Of a DNA stretch of 64,000 bases, positions 48,398-55,912 are shown piece by piece. This DNA comes from Synergistaceae bacterium (GTDB taxonomy: Bacteria; Synergistota; Synergistia; Synergistales; Aminobacteriaceae): NCBI GenBank assembly GCA_017450125.1, contig JAFSWZ010000013.1, forward strand, positions 78,282 through 142,281, given 5' to 3'. The notes below the pieces were generated by a model, which searched no databases, was not told the origin of the DNA, and worked only from the letters and a program-made list of their open reading frames with translations. Position 1 is the first letter of the stretch; each line of letters starts with the position of its first letter. Both the position numbers and the translations under genes were made by a program.

Positions 48398-49954
48398 CTA
48401 GAACTCTATCGCTGTCCTGAACTTCACGACATTGTCTTCCCTGCTGGCCGCGCCGTTAGCATCGTTATCAGCGTGCATGTAGTTGAGACCGAGTGTCGTG
48501 TAGTCGTTGAGCTTGTACTGTACGCCTAAACCGAACTCCTTCGGGCTGACATCAGCGTTGCCCCACTCGAGCTTGTAGCCGTAGTAGAACAGGTAGGTTG
48601 ACCACTTGTCGTTCCACTCCTGGCCGAGACCGACTCTCCAGTACTTCGTATCAAACTGTATACGCCTGCCGCCATTCATGCCGTACTCTTCCTTCAGAAG
48701 GTCGCCATAGAACAGGATTCCAGTGTTGTTGCCCCAGAAACCCCTGTCATACTGGCCATACTCGAGCCACAGGCTGGTGAACTTCAGAGCCTGCTGTTTC
48801 ACATCAAGGATGGCTGCCCAGTGGTTTGCGTCATCAATGATGTTGTTGTTTGCGTCCAGCAACAAAGAGCCGGTATCCATCCACTTGAGCAACCCGTCAT
48901 TAGGGTCGCGATAGACCATCTCGGTATCCATCTCCTGATGGTAGAACACACCCTTGAAGCCGATGGCATCGTTGAAGTTAAAGCGAAGCCCGCCATACAC
49001 TGTCCAGAGGTTGTTGAAGGACACGTCGCCAATTCTGTGCTCAGTAATATCGCCGTTATTGTCAAGCCCCGTAAACTGCTCAGCATTATCACCGACGAAC
49101 ACCTGTGCTCCGAGATCGAGTCCGATCTGTTCGGTGAACTGGAGCGTAACCTGCGGCAAAATCATCCACAGATCGAACACTGTCGTCTGGCTTCCGTAAA
49201 AATTACCATTACGATCCGTTATACGACCACCGATACTCCATCTGTCGCTGGGATGTGCGAACACTACACGTGCCATGCCCAGCCCGAAGTTCTTGGTTAC
49301 GCCGAAGCCCGTCATTGTCCAGTCTGTGAGGATCTGGTCACCGTCCCAAACGCCCGTGCCGGGGAGGGAAATCTTATAGTCGCCCTCAAGAGCCCAGTTG
49401 AAACGTCCTACAGTCATCTTCGTGTCGAAGAAGAAAGGCATCTCCACGAAGAACCTGTCTAAGCGTCCATTTCCGCCCTCTTCATCGCGAAGTCTTGCCG
49501 CGAAGAAGTAATCCTCATTCTCGCCAAACCTGCGCTCGAACCAGATTCTCGCCTCATCGAAGCCTACTGAACCCTTACCGTCAGGTCCGATTGCGTCGCC
49601 AGCGTCATTACGGCTCTCATTCTGAACATCGAGCACGAGCGTTCCGTGCATGTGCCACCCGCCGAGCCTGTCTTCCAGAACAGCTACTCTCTCGTCAAGC
49701 TCGTCTACCCTTACGCCGAGTGCCTCGAGCTCGTCCTTGAACTCAACAACGAGCCTCTTGAGCATCTCTACGTCCTGCTTGCTGGCCTTCGTCATGTCTA
49801 CTACTGCGAGTGCTCTGGCAAGCGCACTGGCCATCTCGTAACGTGTCGTGGACTGCTGCCCTTTGTAGGTTCCGTCAGGATAACCCGAGAGAATCCCGTG
49901 TGCGGCCAGCTGGCCGATTGCGTCATATGCCCAGTGGTTCATCGGCACGTCCAT
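48398..49954 (-). CDS. SLH-domain OmpM-like outer-membrane porin, paralog 1 (apparently silent: no start codon ahead of its signal peptide)
   Basis: SLH domain (NHWAYDAIGQLAAHGILSGYPDGTYKG), coiled-coil stalk, beta-barrel ending ...VKFRTAIEF. The frame stays open upstream to 50035, encoding KKKLAVIAAVVAVAALAAPAFSATNPF, but begins right after an in-frame TGA with AAA where paralog 2 has ATG. The first ATG (49954) would give a protein with no signal peptide. Confidence 0.75.
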   Translation of the reverse strand: MDVPMNHWAYDAIGQLAAHGILSGYPDGTYKGQQSTTRYEMASALARALAVVDMTKASKQDVEMLKRLVVEFKDELEALGVRVDELDERVAVLEDRLGGWHMHGTLVLDVQNESRNDAGDAIGPDGKGSVGFDEARIWFERRFGENEDYFFAARLRDEEGGNGRLDRFFVEMPFFFDTKMTVGRFNWALEGDYKISLPGTGVWDGDQILTDWTMTGFGVTKNFGLGMARVVFAHPSDRWSIGGRITDRNGNFYGSQTTVFDLWMILPQVTLQFTEQIGLDLGAQVFVGDNAEQFTGLDNNGDITEHRIGDVSFNNLWTVYGGLRFNFNDAIGFKGVFYHQEMDTEMVYRDPNDGLLKWMDTGSLLLDANNNIIDDANHWAAILDVKQQALKFTSLWLEYGQYDRGFWGNNTGILFYGDLLKEEYGMNGGRRIQFDTKYWRVGLGQEWNDKWSTYLFYYGYKLEWGNADVSPKEFGLGVQYKLNDYTTLGLNYMHADNDANGAASREDNVVKFRTAIEF

Positions 49955-50015
49955 GAAAGGATTGGTCGCTGAAAACGCCGGGGCTGCAAGTGCTGCAACT
50001 GCTACAACAGCTGCT

Positions 50016-50032
50016 ATTACTGCTAATTTCTT
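50016..50032. repeat. Left copy of an exact 17-nt inverted repeat (ATTACTGCTAATTTCTT; reverse complement AAGAAATTAGCAGTAAT)
   Basis: Identical in inverted orientation to 51302-51318. Covers codons 2-7 of the paralog 1 signal-peptide frame. Confidence 0.9.
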
Positions 50033-50079
50033 TTTTCAGTACAATACACCTACAATTTTTCCACGAAGGAGAACCCGCC

Positions 50080-51009
50080 ATGATCCTAGAACCATTCTTC
50101 AGGTTTATCGATGTCTCGGAGAAAACAGAGTCCATCTACCGCAGAGCCTTGCGGCAGCTCTTCACCTACTTCACCGAACACGGAATCCTCAAGCCCTCCC
50201 GCGACGACATCATCAGCTTCCGCAGACACCTCGAACGCAAGCACCTCAAGCCCAGCACCATCGCACTATACCTCGCCGCAAGCCGCAGGTTCTTCGCCTG
50301 GACAGAACACGCCGGAATCTACCCCAACATCGCGCTCGGCGTTAAAGCCCCGAAGCCCGAGCCCGGCCACAAACGCGACTGCCTCTGCGCCGAACAGCTC
50401 CGCACAATCCTCGCCGGGATCGACCGCACAACCCCCATAGGCCGCAGAAACTTCGCCATCATCGCCCTCATGTCAGTAACCGGCCTCCGCACAATCGAGG
50501 TCTCTCGCGCAAACATCGGCGACTTCCGTAAAGTCGGCACGCACACCTGCCTGTTCGTGAGGGGCAAGGGACGGTGCACAAAGTCTGAGTTCGTGAAGGT
50601 CCCTCCCCCAGTCAGCTCAGCAATCGGCGACTACATCAGGGAACGCGGCAAAGTTCAGGAGTCCGCCCCGCTCTTTGCCTCAATGAGCCGCCGGAACACG
50701 AATGCCCGCCTCTCCGCACAAACCATCTCCAAGCTCTGCAAATCCGCAATGCGCGCAAACGGCTTCTCCTCCTCGCGCCTCACCGCGCATTCCCTCCGAC
50801 ACACCGCAATAACCTTGTCCCTATCGGCTGGCATACCACTGAGTGAGGTTCAGGCCTTCGCACGGCACAAGAACATCACCACCACAATGATCTACGCTCA
50901 CCACGTCGACCGCCTCAGAAGCCCTTGCGAGGAAGCAGTCTGCGCCGCTGTTTTCCAAAACTTTATACGTGAAATTACAGATTCGCTTGCAATTTTCAGA
51001 TGTGTGTAG
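50080..51009 (+). CDS. Tyrosine site-specific recombinase (XerC/XerD/integrase family)
   Basis: SAM-like N-domain, then TGLRTIEVSR (Arg I), HSLRHT (H-x-x-R), MIYAHH (catalytic Tyr). ATG at 50080 follows AAGGAG. ORF-track N-terminal extension trimmed. Confidence 0.85.
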   Translation: MILEPFFRFIDVSEKTESIYRRALRQLFTYFTEHGILKPSRDDIISFRRHLERKHLKPSTIALYLAASRRFFAWTEHAGIYPNIALGVKAPKPEPGHKRDCLCAEQLRTILAGIDRTTPIGRRNFAIIALMSVTGLRTIEVSRANIGDFRKVGTHTCLFVRGKGRCTKSEFVKVPPPVSSAIGDYIRERGKVQESAPLFASMSRRNTNARLSAQTISKLCKSAMRANGFSSSRLTAHSLRHTAITLSLSAGIPLSEVQAFARHKNITTTMIYAHHVDRLRSPCEEAVCAAVFQNFIREITDSLAIFRCV

Positions 51010-51015
51010 TAATAT
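50987..51015 (+). promoter_or_regulatory. Strong sigma70-like promoter TTGCAA-17 nt-TAATAT reading toward porin paralog 2
   Basis: TTGCAA (50987-92), 17-nt spacer, TAATAT (51010-15). Overlaps the recombinase stop codon. Predicts a 5' UTR of about 275-280 nt. Confidence 0.55.
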
Positions 51016-51298
51016 ACTCCGCGTGCTACGGGAAATACGTAGCGGAATATCGTCAAACCAACGCAGAACTTGTTAGCCAGAAGCAGGGAAAGGAGATGCA
51101 CGAATCCCCGTTCAAGCATTAAGGAAGAGTTCGGACGCGGAGGGCGCAGGAGGTCGGGAGTACAGCCTCTCGGACTGTCAGAGGGACAGAAAGGAAACAA
51201 GGTAACTTTCCGAACCCCCGCAGGCTCAGGGCAGTATATGGACTGAGTGCGTAAAAGGCGATAGTTGATTGACAATTTCATAAGGGGGTTTATCTGTA
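51016..51298 (+). promoter_or_regulatory. Long purine-rich 5' leader of porin paralog 2 (possibly a structured RNA)
   Basis: About 290-nt non-coding gap, the largest in the window. Local hairpins (GCTACG-GGAAATA-CGTAGC; CTCAG-13 nt-CTGAG). RBS AAGGGGG before ATG 51299. Confidence 0.45.
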
Positions 51299-52942
51299 AT
51301 GAAGAAATTAGCAGTAATGTTCTTAGCTGCAGTTCTTGCGGTGAGCGCGGTTGCTCCTGCATTCTCTGCAACTAATCCGTTTATGGACGTACCCATGAAT
51401 CACTGGGCGTACGATGCGATAGGACAGCTTGCGGCTCATGGAATACTTTCCGGCTACCCGGACGGCACGTACAAGGGTCAGCAGTCAACCACGAGGTACG
51501 AGATGGCATCAGCACTTGCGAGGGCACTTGCTGTTGTGGACATGACCAAAGCGAGCAAGCAGGATGTCGAAATGCTGAAGCGTCTTGTGGTGGAGTTCAA
51601 GGATGAGCTTGAAGCTCTGGGTGTCAGGGTTGATGAACTCGACGAGCGCGTTGCTGTTCTCGAGGATCGTCTCGGAGGATGGCACATTGAAGGTTCACTG
51701 GTGCTTGATGTCATAAACCAGAGCAGGAACAGTGCAGGCGATGCGTTTGATGGTGACGGCGAAGGCTCGGTTGGCTTCGATGAAGCAAGGTTGATCTTCG
51801 AGCGCAACTTCGGCGAGAACGACGACTACTTCTTCCGTGCGAGGCTTCGCAATGACGATACGGTTCATGCGCGCTTCGATAGGTTCTTCGTGGAGATGCC
51901 GTTCTTCTTTGACAGCAAGATGACTGTCGGACGCTTCAGCTGGGCTCTCGAAGGAGACTACAAGATTTCTCTTCCCGGCACTGGCGTGTGGGATGGCGAC
52001 CAGATCCTCACGGACTGGACGTTTGATGGCTTCGGTCTCACCAAGAACTTCGGTCTGGGTATGGCGCGTATAGCCTTCGCGCATCCTAGTAGGTATACTG
52101 CCAGTACATTGACGTATGATGCCGATGGGAACATAACGGGTTGGAGAACCACAGCATTGGACACTTGGATGATTTTGGCGCAGGCTTCCCTCCAGTTCAC
52201 CGAACAGATCGGTTTCGATATTGGCGGACAAGCATATGTAGGCGACAATGCAGAGCAATTTTCTGTGGCAGATGTCAATGGTAACCTCACTAGGCATGGT
52301 GCTGGAGACTTGTCCTTCAACAATATCTGGACAATTTACGGTGGCCTTCGCTTCAACTTCAACGACGCTATAGGCATCAAGGGTGTCTTCTACCACCAGA
52401 ACGTGGATATGGAAGAAGTCTATGTAGACGGGAATAATCGTCTCGCTTGGAGAGATCGTGGCTACTTCGGCGGCGGAGCTGGGATGATTGATGATGCCAA
52501 CCACTGGGCAGTAATTCTCGACGTGAAGCAGGCGGCTCTCAAGTACACTAGCCTGTGGCTCGAGTACGGCCAGTTCGATGAGGGCTTCTGGGGCAATAAC
52601 GGCGGAATACTGTTCTACGGCGACCTTCTTCAGCAAACCTTTGGCGGGAGCAGGGCGTACTGGGATACAAAGTACTACAGAGTCGGGCTTGGGCAGGAGT
52701 GGACCGACAAGTTCTCAACTTACCTGTTCTACTATGGATACGTCGTTGAGGATGCTATAGGAGTCTATAATGGTAATGGCGTGTTTCTTCGCACTGAGGA
52801 CGTAAAGCCCAAGGAGTACGGCATCGGTGTAAGCTACAAGCTCAATGACTACACGACGCTCGGCCTCAACTATATGCACGCTGATGACGACGTAGGCCGC
52901 GAGGACAACGTCGTGAAATTCAGGACGAAGGTAACGTTCTAG
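51299..52942 (+). CDS. SLH-domain OmpM-like outer-membrane porin, paralog 2 (expressed configuration)
   Basis: Complete signal peptide MKKLAVMFLAAVLAVSAVAPAFSA. SLH domain and coiled coil identical in protein sequence to paralog 1. Beta-barrel ending ...VKFRTKVTF. Confidence 0.85.
   Translation: MKKLAVMFLAAVLAVSAVAPAFSATNPFMDVPMNHWAYDAIGQLAAHGILSGYPDGTYKGQQSTTRYEMASALARALAVVDMTKASKQDVEMLKRLVVEFKDELEALGVRVDELDERVAVLEDRLGGWHIEGSLVLDVINQSRNSAGDAFDGDGEGSVGFDEARLIFERNFGENDDYFFRARLRNDDTVHARFDRFFVEMPFFFDSKMTVGRFSWALEGDYKISLPGTGVWDGDQILTDWTFDGFGLTKNFGLGMARIAFAHPSRYTASTLTYDADGNITGWRTTALDTWMILAQASLQFTEQIGFDIGGQAYVGDNAEQFSVADVNGNLTRHGAGDLSFNNIWTIYGGLRFNFNDAIGIKGVFYHQNVDMEEVYVDGNNRLAWRDRGYFGGGAGMIDDANHWAVILDVKQAALKYTSLWLEYGQFDEGFWGNNGGILFYGDLLQQTFGGSRAYWDTKYYRVGLGQEWTDKFSTYLFYYGYVVEDAIGVYNGNGVFLRTEDVKPKEYGIGVSYKLNDYTTLGLNYMHADDDVGREDNVVKFRTKVTF
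51302..51318. repeat. Right copy of the exact 17-nt inverted repeat (AAGAAATTAGCAGTAAT)
   Basis: Immediately follows the ATG of paralog 2. Inverted match to 50016-50032. Confidence 0.9.
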
Positions 52943-52975
52943 TCCAACGAAACCCAATCAGGGCTAAAGACAATT

Positions 52976-53010
52976 CGGAGGGAGTCAGAAACGGCTTCCT
53001 CCGTTTTTTT
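52976..53010 (+). terminator. Rho-independent terminator after porin paralog 2
   Basis: CGGAGGGAG-loop-CTTCCTCCG followed by TTTTTTT. Confidence 0.75.
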
Positions 53011-53011
53011 G

Positions 53012-53458
53012 TTATGCAAACGCCCTCTTCAGTGCCTCGAGGCCTTCCTGCGCCCTCGTCTTGCTCACGATGCAGATCGCACTCTCCCCAGTCGAATTGA
53101 TGATCTCGATGTTCACCTTCACCGACGCAAGTGCCGCAAAAATCCTCGACAGCGTCCCCGCCGCATCCTCACCAATCCCCACCGTAATTGCCGCTACCTC
53201 CGTCGCGAAAGACACTCCCTGCCCCCCTACACGCTCGGCCGCTTCCCGGCACACAGGGATAACGTCATCCAGCTTGTCCTTGCCCATCAGGAACGACAGA
53301 TCCGAACGCCCGCCGCGCATCGTGTTCTGCGTTACCATGCCGACGCTCACTGAATGTGCTGACAGCGTCCCGAATATCTCCGACGCTACTCCCGGAACAT
53401 TCGGCACACCGAGAAACACTACGTGAACGCACTCATCGTTGAAGGATATTTTCGTCAT
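53012..53458 (-). CDS. ACT-domain protein (aspartokinase regulatory-domain-like)
   Basis: Two ACT-like repeats (VVFLGVPNVPGVASEIFGTLSAHSVSV; ITVGIGEDAAGTLSRIFAALASVKVNI). ATG at 53458 follows GGAGAGGAG. Confidence 0.6.
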   Translation of the reverse strand: MTKISFNDECVHVVFLGVPNVPGVASEIFGTLSAHSVSVGMVTQNTMRGGRSDLSFLMGKDKLDDVIPVCREAAERVGGQGVSFATEVAAITVGIGEDAAGTLSRIFAALASVKVNIEIINSTGESAICIVSKTRAQEGLEALKRAFA

Positions 53459-53573
53459 CAGCTGTTCTCCTCTCCATATTATGGCAGGGTAAATTTTACA
53501 ATGCCCTGTGCTAAAATTTAAGCCATTCACATCACATTACACAACCAATTTTCTCATTAAGGGAGGTAATCTG

Positions 53574-54050
53574 TTGAGCCTCGTATATTTTGCTTTGTGG
53601 GTAATCTTCAACGGACGCGTTACCCGCGAGATTCTCATAGCCGGAGTGATAATCTCTCTTCTGCTGGATTTTTTCGTCAAGCGCGTGATGAAGATACGCC
53701 TCGCCGGAGCAACTTTCTGGAAGTTCTTGAAGCTCCTGCCTGACGCACTGGTTTATGCTGTCGTCCTTCTCGTCGAGATAATACGCGCAAACTTTACGAT
53801 AATCCGCCTCGTCTTGGCCTCACACATTCAGGTTGAGCCGTGCCTCGTGAAGTTCACTACCCCCCTCAAGACGACGGCCGCACGTGTTGCCCTCGCCAAC
53901 TCCATCACCCTGACTCCCGGAACGATCACCGTTGCCCTCGAGGGAAATTCCCTGCTCGTTCACGCACTGGACAAGGGGATCGCTGAGGGCTTGGAGGGAA
54001 GCATCTTCGAGCGGCTGTTAGCCAGAATGGAGAGAAGAGCAAATGCCTGA
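53574..54050 (+). CDS. mrpE: Mrp-type cation/H+ antiporter subunit E (MbhA-like)
   Basis: TTG at 53574 after AAGGGAGG. NSITLTPGTITV motif. Position at the head of the Mrp module. Confidence 0.7.
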   Translation: MSLVYFALWVIFNGRVTREILIAGVIISLLLDFFVKRVMKIRLAGATFWKFLKLLPDALVYAVVLLVEIIRANFTIIRLVLASHIQVEPCLVKFTTPLKTTAARVALANSITLTPGTITVALEGNSLLVHALDKGIAEGLEGSIFERLLARMERRANA

Positions 54051-54339
54051 CGTACTAACGCTGAAGAACGCGCTTCTTGTTGTGTGCGCAGTGTTCCTGT
54101 CGGTTACGGTGTTCATCTGCCTGTTCAGGGCTTCGCTCGGCCCGAGATACACGGACAGGATTACGGCCTCGAGCATCATCGGGACAAAGGTCATTCTGTT
54201 GATTGCGGTGCTGGCTATGGTTGTCGGGAATGATTACCTCGTGGACATCTGCCTGATCTACGCAATCATAAACTTCTTGGCGGTTGTTGTGCTTGCGCGG
54301 TCAGTCCTCGAGAAGCGGGAAGGAGAGAAGGAACTGTGA
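54043..54339 (+). CDS. mrpF: Mrp antiporter subunit F
   Basis: 98 aa, three TM segments, RASLGPRYTDRI motif. Confidence 0.7.
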   Translation: MPDVLTLKNALLVVCAVFLSVTVFICLFRASLGPRYTDRITASSIIGTKVILLIAVLAMVVGNDYLVDICLIYAIINFLAVVVLARSVLEKREGEKEL

Positions 54340-54680
54340 TTAGGGTAATTGTTGCGGCGGTCTTGATGCTCGGCGGGCTGTGCGTGCTTGGGATTGCGAC
54401 GATGGGAATCTTCAGGTTCTCGCACATGCTGAACAGGATACACGTTGCGGCCAAGTGCGACACAATGGGGGCTCTGCTGGTTCTGTCGGGGTTGATGGTG
54501 CTGTCGGGCTGGACGGTGTTCACGCTGAAGCTGGGACTGGTGATAGTGTTCCTGTGGCTGTGCAACCCTGCGGCGAGCCATCTTGTTGCGCGCGCTGAGG
54601 TCAAGACCAACCCGGAAATAGAGCAGATATGTGATTACGTTGACCTGACGAAGGAGGACAAGGCAGATGCTGGTGATTGA
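54336..54680 (+). CDS. mrpG: Mrp antiporter subunit G
   Basis: 114 aa. RIHVAAKCDTMGALL and NPAASHLVARA motifs. Confidence 0.75.
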   Translation: MIRVIVAAVLMLGGLCVLGIATMGIFRFSHMLNRIHVAAKCDTMGALLVLSGLMVLSGWTVFTLKLGLVIVFLWLCNPAASHLVARAEVKTNPEIEQICDYVDLTKEDKADAGD

Positions 54681-54924
54681 GTGGCTGTTATTGATATTCC
54701 TGATTGTGTGCGCAATCGCTGTGTCAATCTCGAACAACCTGCTGAACTCTATAATTATCTTCATGAGCTACAGCCTTGTGATGGCGGTTATCTGGGTGCT
54801 GCTGAGGTCTCCTGACCTCGCGATAACTGAAGCGGCGGTCGGTGCTGGAGTAACGAGCGTGCTGTTCTTCCTTGCGCTGAGGAAGATCGGGCAGATGGGA
54901 CACAAGGACGAGGGAGATAAATAA
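54667..54924 (+). CDS. Small MrpA-C-terminal/MbhD-like (DUF4040-type) membrane subunit
   Basis: 85 aa, three TM segments, APDLAITEAAVGAG-like motif (SPDLAITEAAVGAG). Confidence 0.6.
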   Translation: MLVIEWLLLIFLIVCAIAVSISNNLLNSIIIFMSYSLVMAVIWVLLRSPDLAITEAAVGAGVTSVLFFLALRKIGQMGHKDEGDK

Positions 54925-54955
54925 CTATGTATTCAACGAAAGGAGACACACAGCC

Positions 54956-55909
54956 TTGAACGAAGAACTCCGCAAAATCTGGCTCTCATTCTTCAACTGG
55001 GTAATGGGCAACGGCCCGCGCCCCGAAAACGAAGTCATCCCTCCCGAACCTCCGCCTGCCCTGCCCTTCACGCAGAAACAGGAGGAGAAGTACACCCGCT
55101 TCCACGAGGCAACCCTCAAGGAACGCTATAACCAGTGGCTCGAGATTCACGGCCTCCACCTGTTCTCGTCCCTGTACTCAGGCCTTAGCGTCCTGACCTG
55201 CGTTGTGATTGTCTGCCTGCTCTTGGCCACAGTCGCAGAGCTTCCCCCCTTCGGGCACGAACGCAACCCCGCCAACAACGAGGTGATTCAGCGTTACGTC
55301 AAACACGGCGGCTTCGAGACAGGAGCACAGAACATCGTCGCGGGACTGATTCTGGATTACCGCGCGTTTGACACGTTCGGGGAATCTTCCGTGCTGTTCA
55401 CGGCGGCCTGCAGTGTCTTGATGATACTCAGTGCCTCGCGAAGCACCAAGACCGACAAGAAATCTCCGCTTGCACGGCATCACCTATTCAGGAAGGACGA
55501 CGCTATTCTTCGCGGCGTGGCATCGCTGGCTATTCACGTCATCCTGATGATGGGGATTGTCGTCGTCATCAACGGGCACTTGTCGCCGGGCGGAGGCTTC
55601 TCCGGCGGAGCTATCCTCAGCACTGCGTTAATCCTTATGGCTAACGCTTGGGGCTTCGAGCGTGTTCACGAGTTCTTCAACGAGCGAACGTTCATCCTAT
55701 CCAGCTCTACGGCACTCATGATTTACGCGCTGTCTAAGGGCTACTCGTTCTTCACTGGGGCGAATCACCTGCACTCAATCATCCCTAAGGGCACAATCGG
55801 CGACATCCTAAGCGCAGGCCTCATCCTTCCTCTGGACATCTGCGTCGGGTTAATCGTTGCCGGAACGCTTTACGGGTTCTATGCGTTATTCAGCGAGGGG
55901 GAAATATAG
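54956..55909 (+). CDS. mrpB: MnhB/MrpB-domain subunit with a roughly 70-aa Pro-rich cytoplasmic N-terminal extension
   Basis: TTG start 10 nt after AAAGGAGA. GAQNIVAGLILDYRAFDTFGE (MnhB signature), SPGGGFSGGA. Confidence 0.7.
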   Translation: MNEELRKIWLSFFNWVMGNGPRPENEVIPPEPPPALPFTQKQEEKYTRFHEATLKERYNQWLEIHGLHLFSSLYSGLSVLTCVVIVCLLLATVAELPPFGHERNPANNEVIQRYVKHGGFETGAQNIVAGLILDYRAFDTFGESSVLFTAACSVLMILSASRSTKTDKKSPLARHHLFRKDDAILRGVASLAIHVILMMGIVVVINGHLSPGGGFSGGAILSTALILMANAWGFERVHEFFNERTFILSSSTALMIYALSKGYSFFTGANHLHSIIPKGTIGDILSAGLILPLDICVGLIVAGTLYGFYALFSEGEI

Positions 55910-55912
55910 ACC

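Noticed and set aside
49652-49954. A roughly 300-bp inverted DNA repeat (the shared porin N-termini) as a substrate for homologous-recombination inversion
   Set aside because: The identity is at the protein level only. Nucleotide identity is broken at about two thirds of codons and the longest exact run is about 11 nt, so RecA-type recombination is unlikely. Only the 17-mer at codons 2-7 is an exact inverted repeat.
50027-50040. A AAA AAG slippery heptamer or A6 tract at the paralog 1 5' end as a programmed frameshift or slippage site that rescues translation
   Set aside because: In the porin frame the heptamer directly follows an in-frame TGA. The only upstream ORF (49923-50135 minus) would need a +1 shift and would add a non-signal N-terminus antisense to the recombinase start. 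A6 is short for transcriptional slippage. The inversion model explains the data better.
49990-51009. The recombinase as part of an integrated prophage or integrative element
   Set aside because: There are no phage, conjugation or cargo genes, no tRNA target, and no direct repeats flanking a larger island. The gene is bracketed tightly by the two porin 5' ends.
51269-51297. TTGACA at 51269-51274 as the porin promoter
   Set aside because: The best -10 at proper spacing is poor (TATCTG/ATCTGT). It would place the TSS at or beyond the ATG, downstream of the RBS.
51016-51298. SRP RNA, RNase P RNA, cobalamin riboswitch or tRNA in the long intergenic region
   Set aside because: The hallmark strings are absent or badly degenerate on both strands: GGAAGCAGC-type SRP domain IV, GAGGAAAGTCCGG of RNase P, and a B12 box of the GCCACTG type. 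Only loose ydaO-like resemblance remains, and it is reported as an unverified possibility.
48821-52636. ORFs antisense to the porin genes (48821-49462 plus, 51695-52636 minus)
   Set aside because: The opposite strands encode clearly recognisable SLH-porins with signal peptide, SLH domain and a terminal aromatic residue. The antisense frames have no features.
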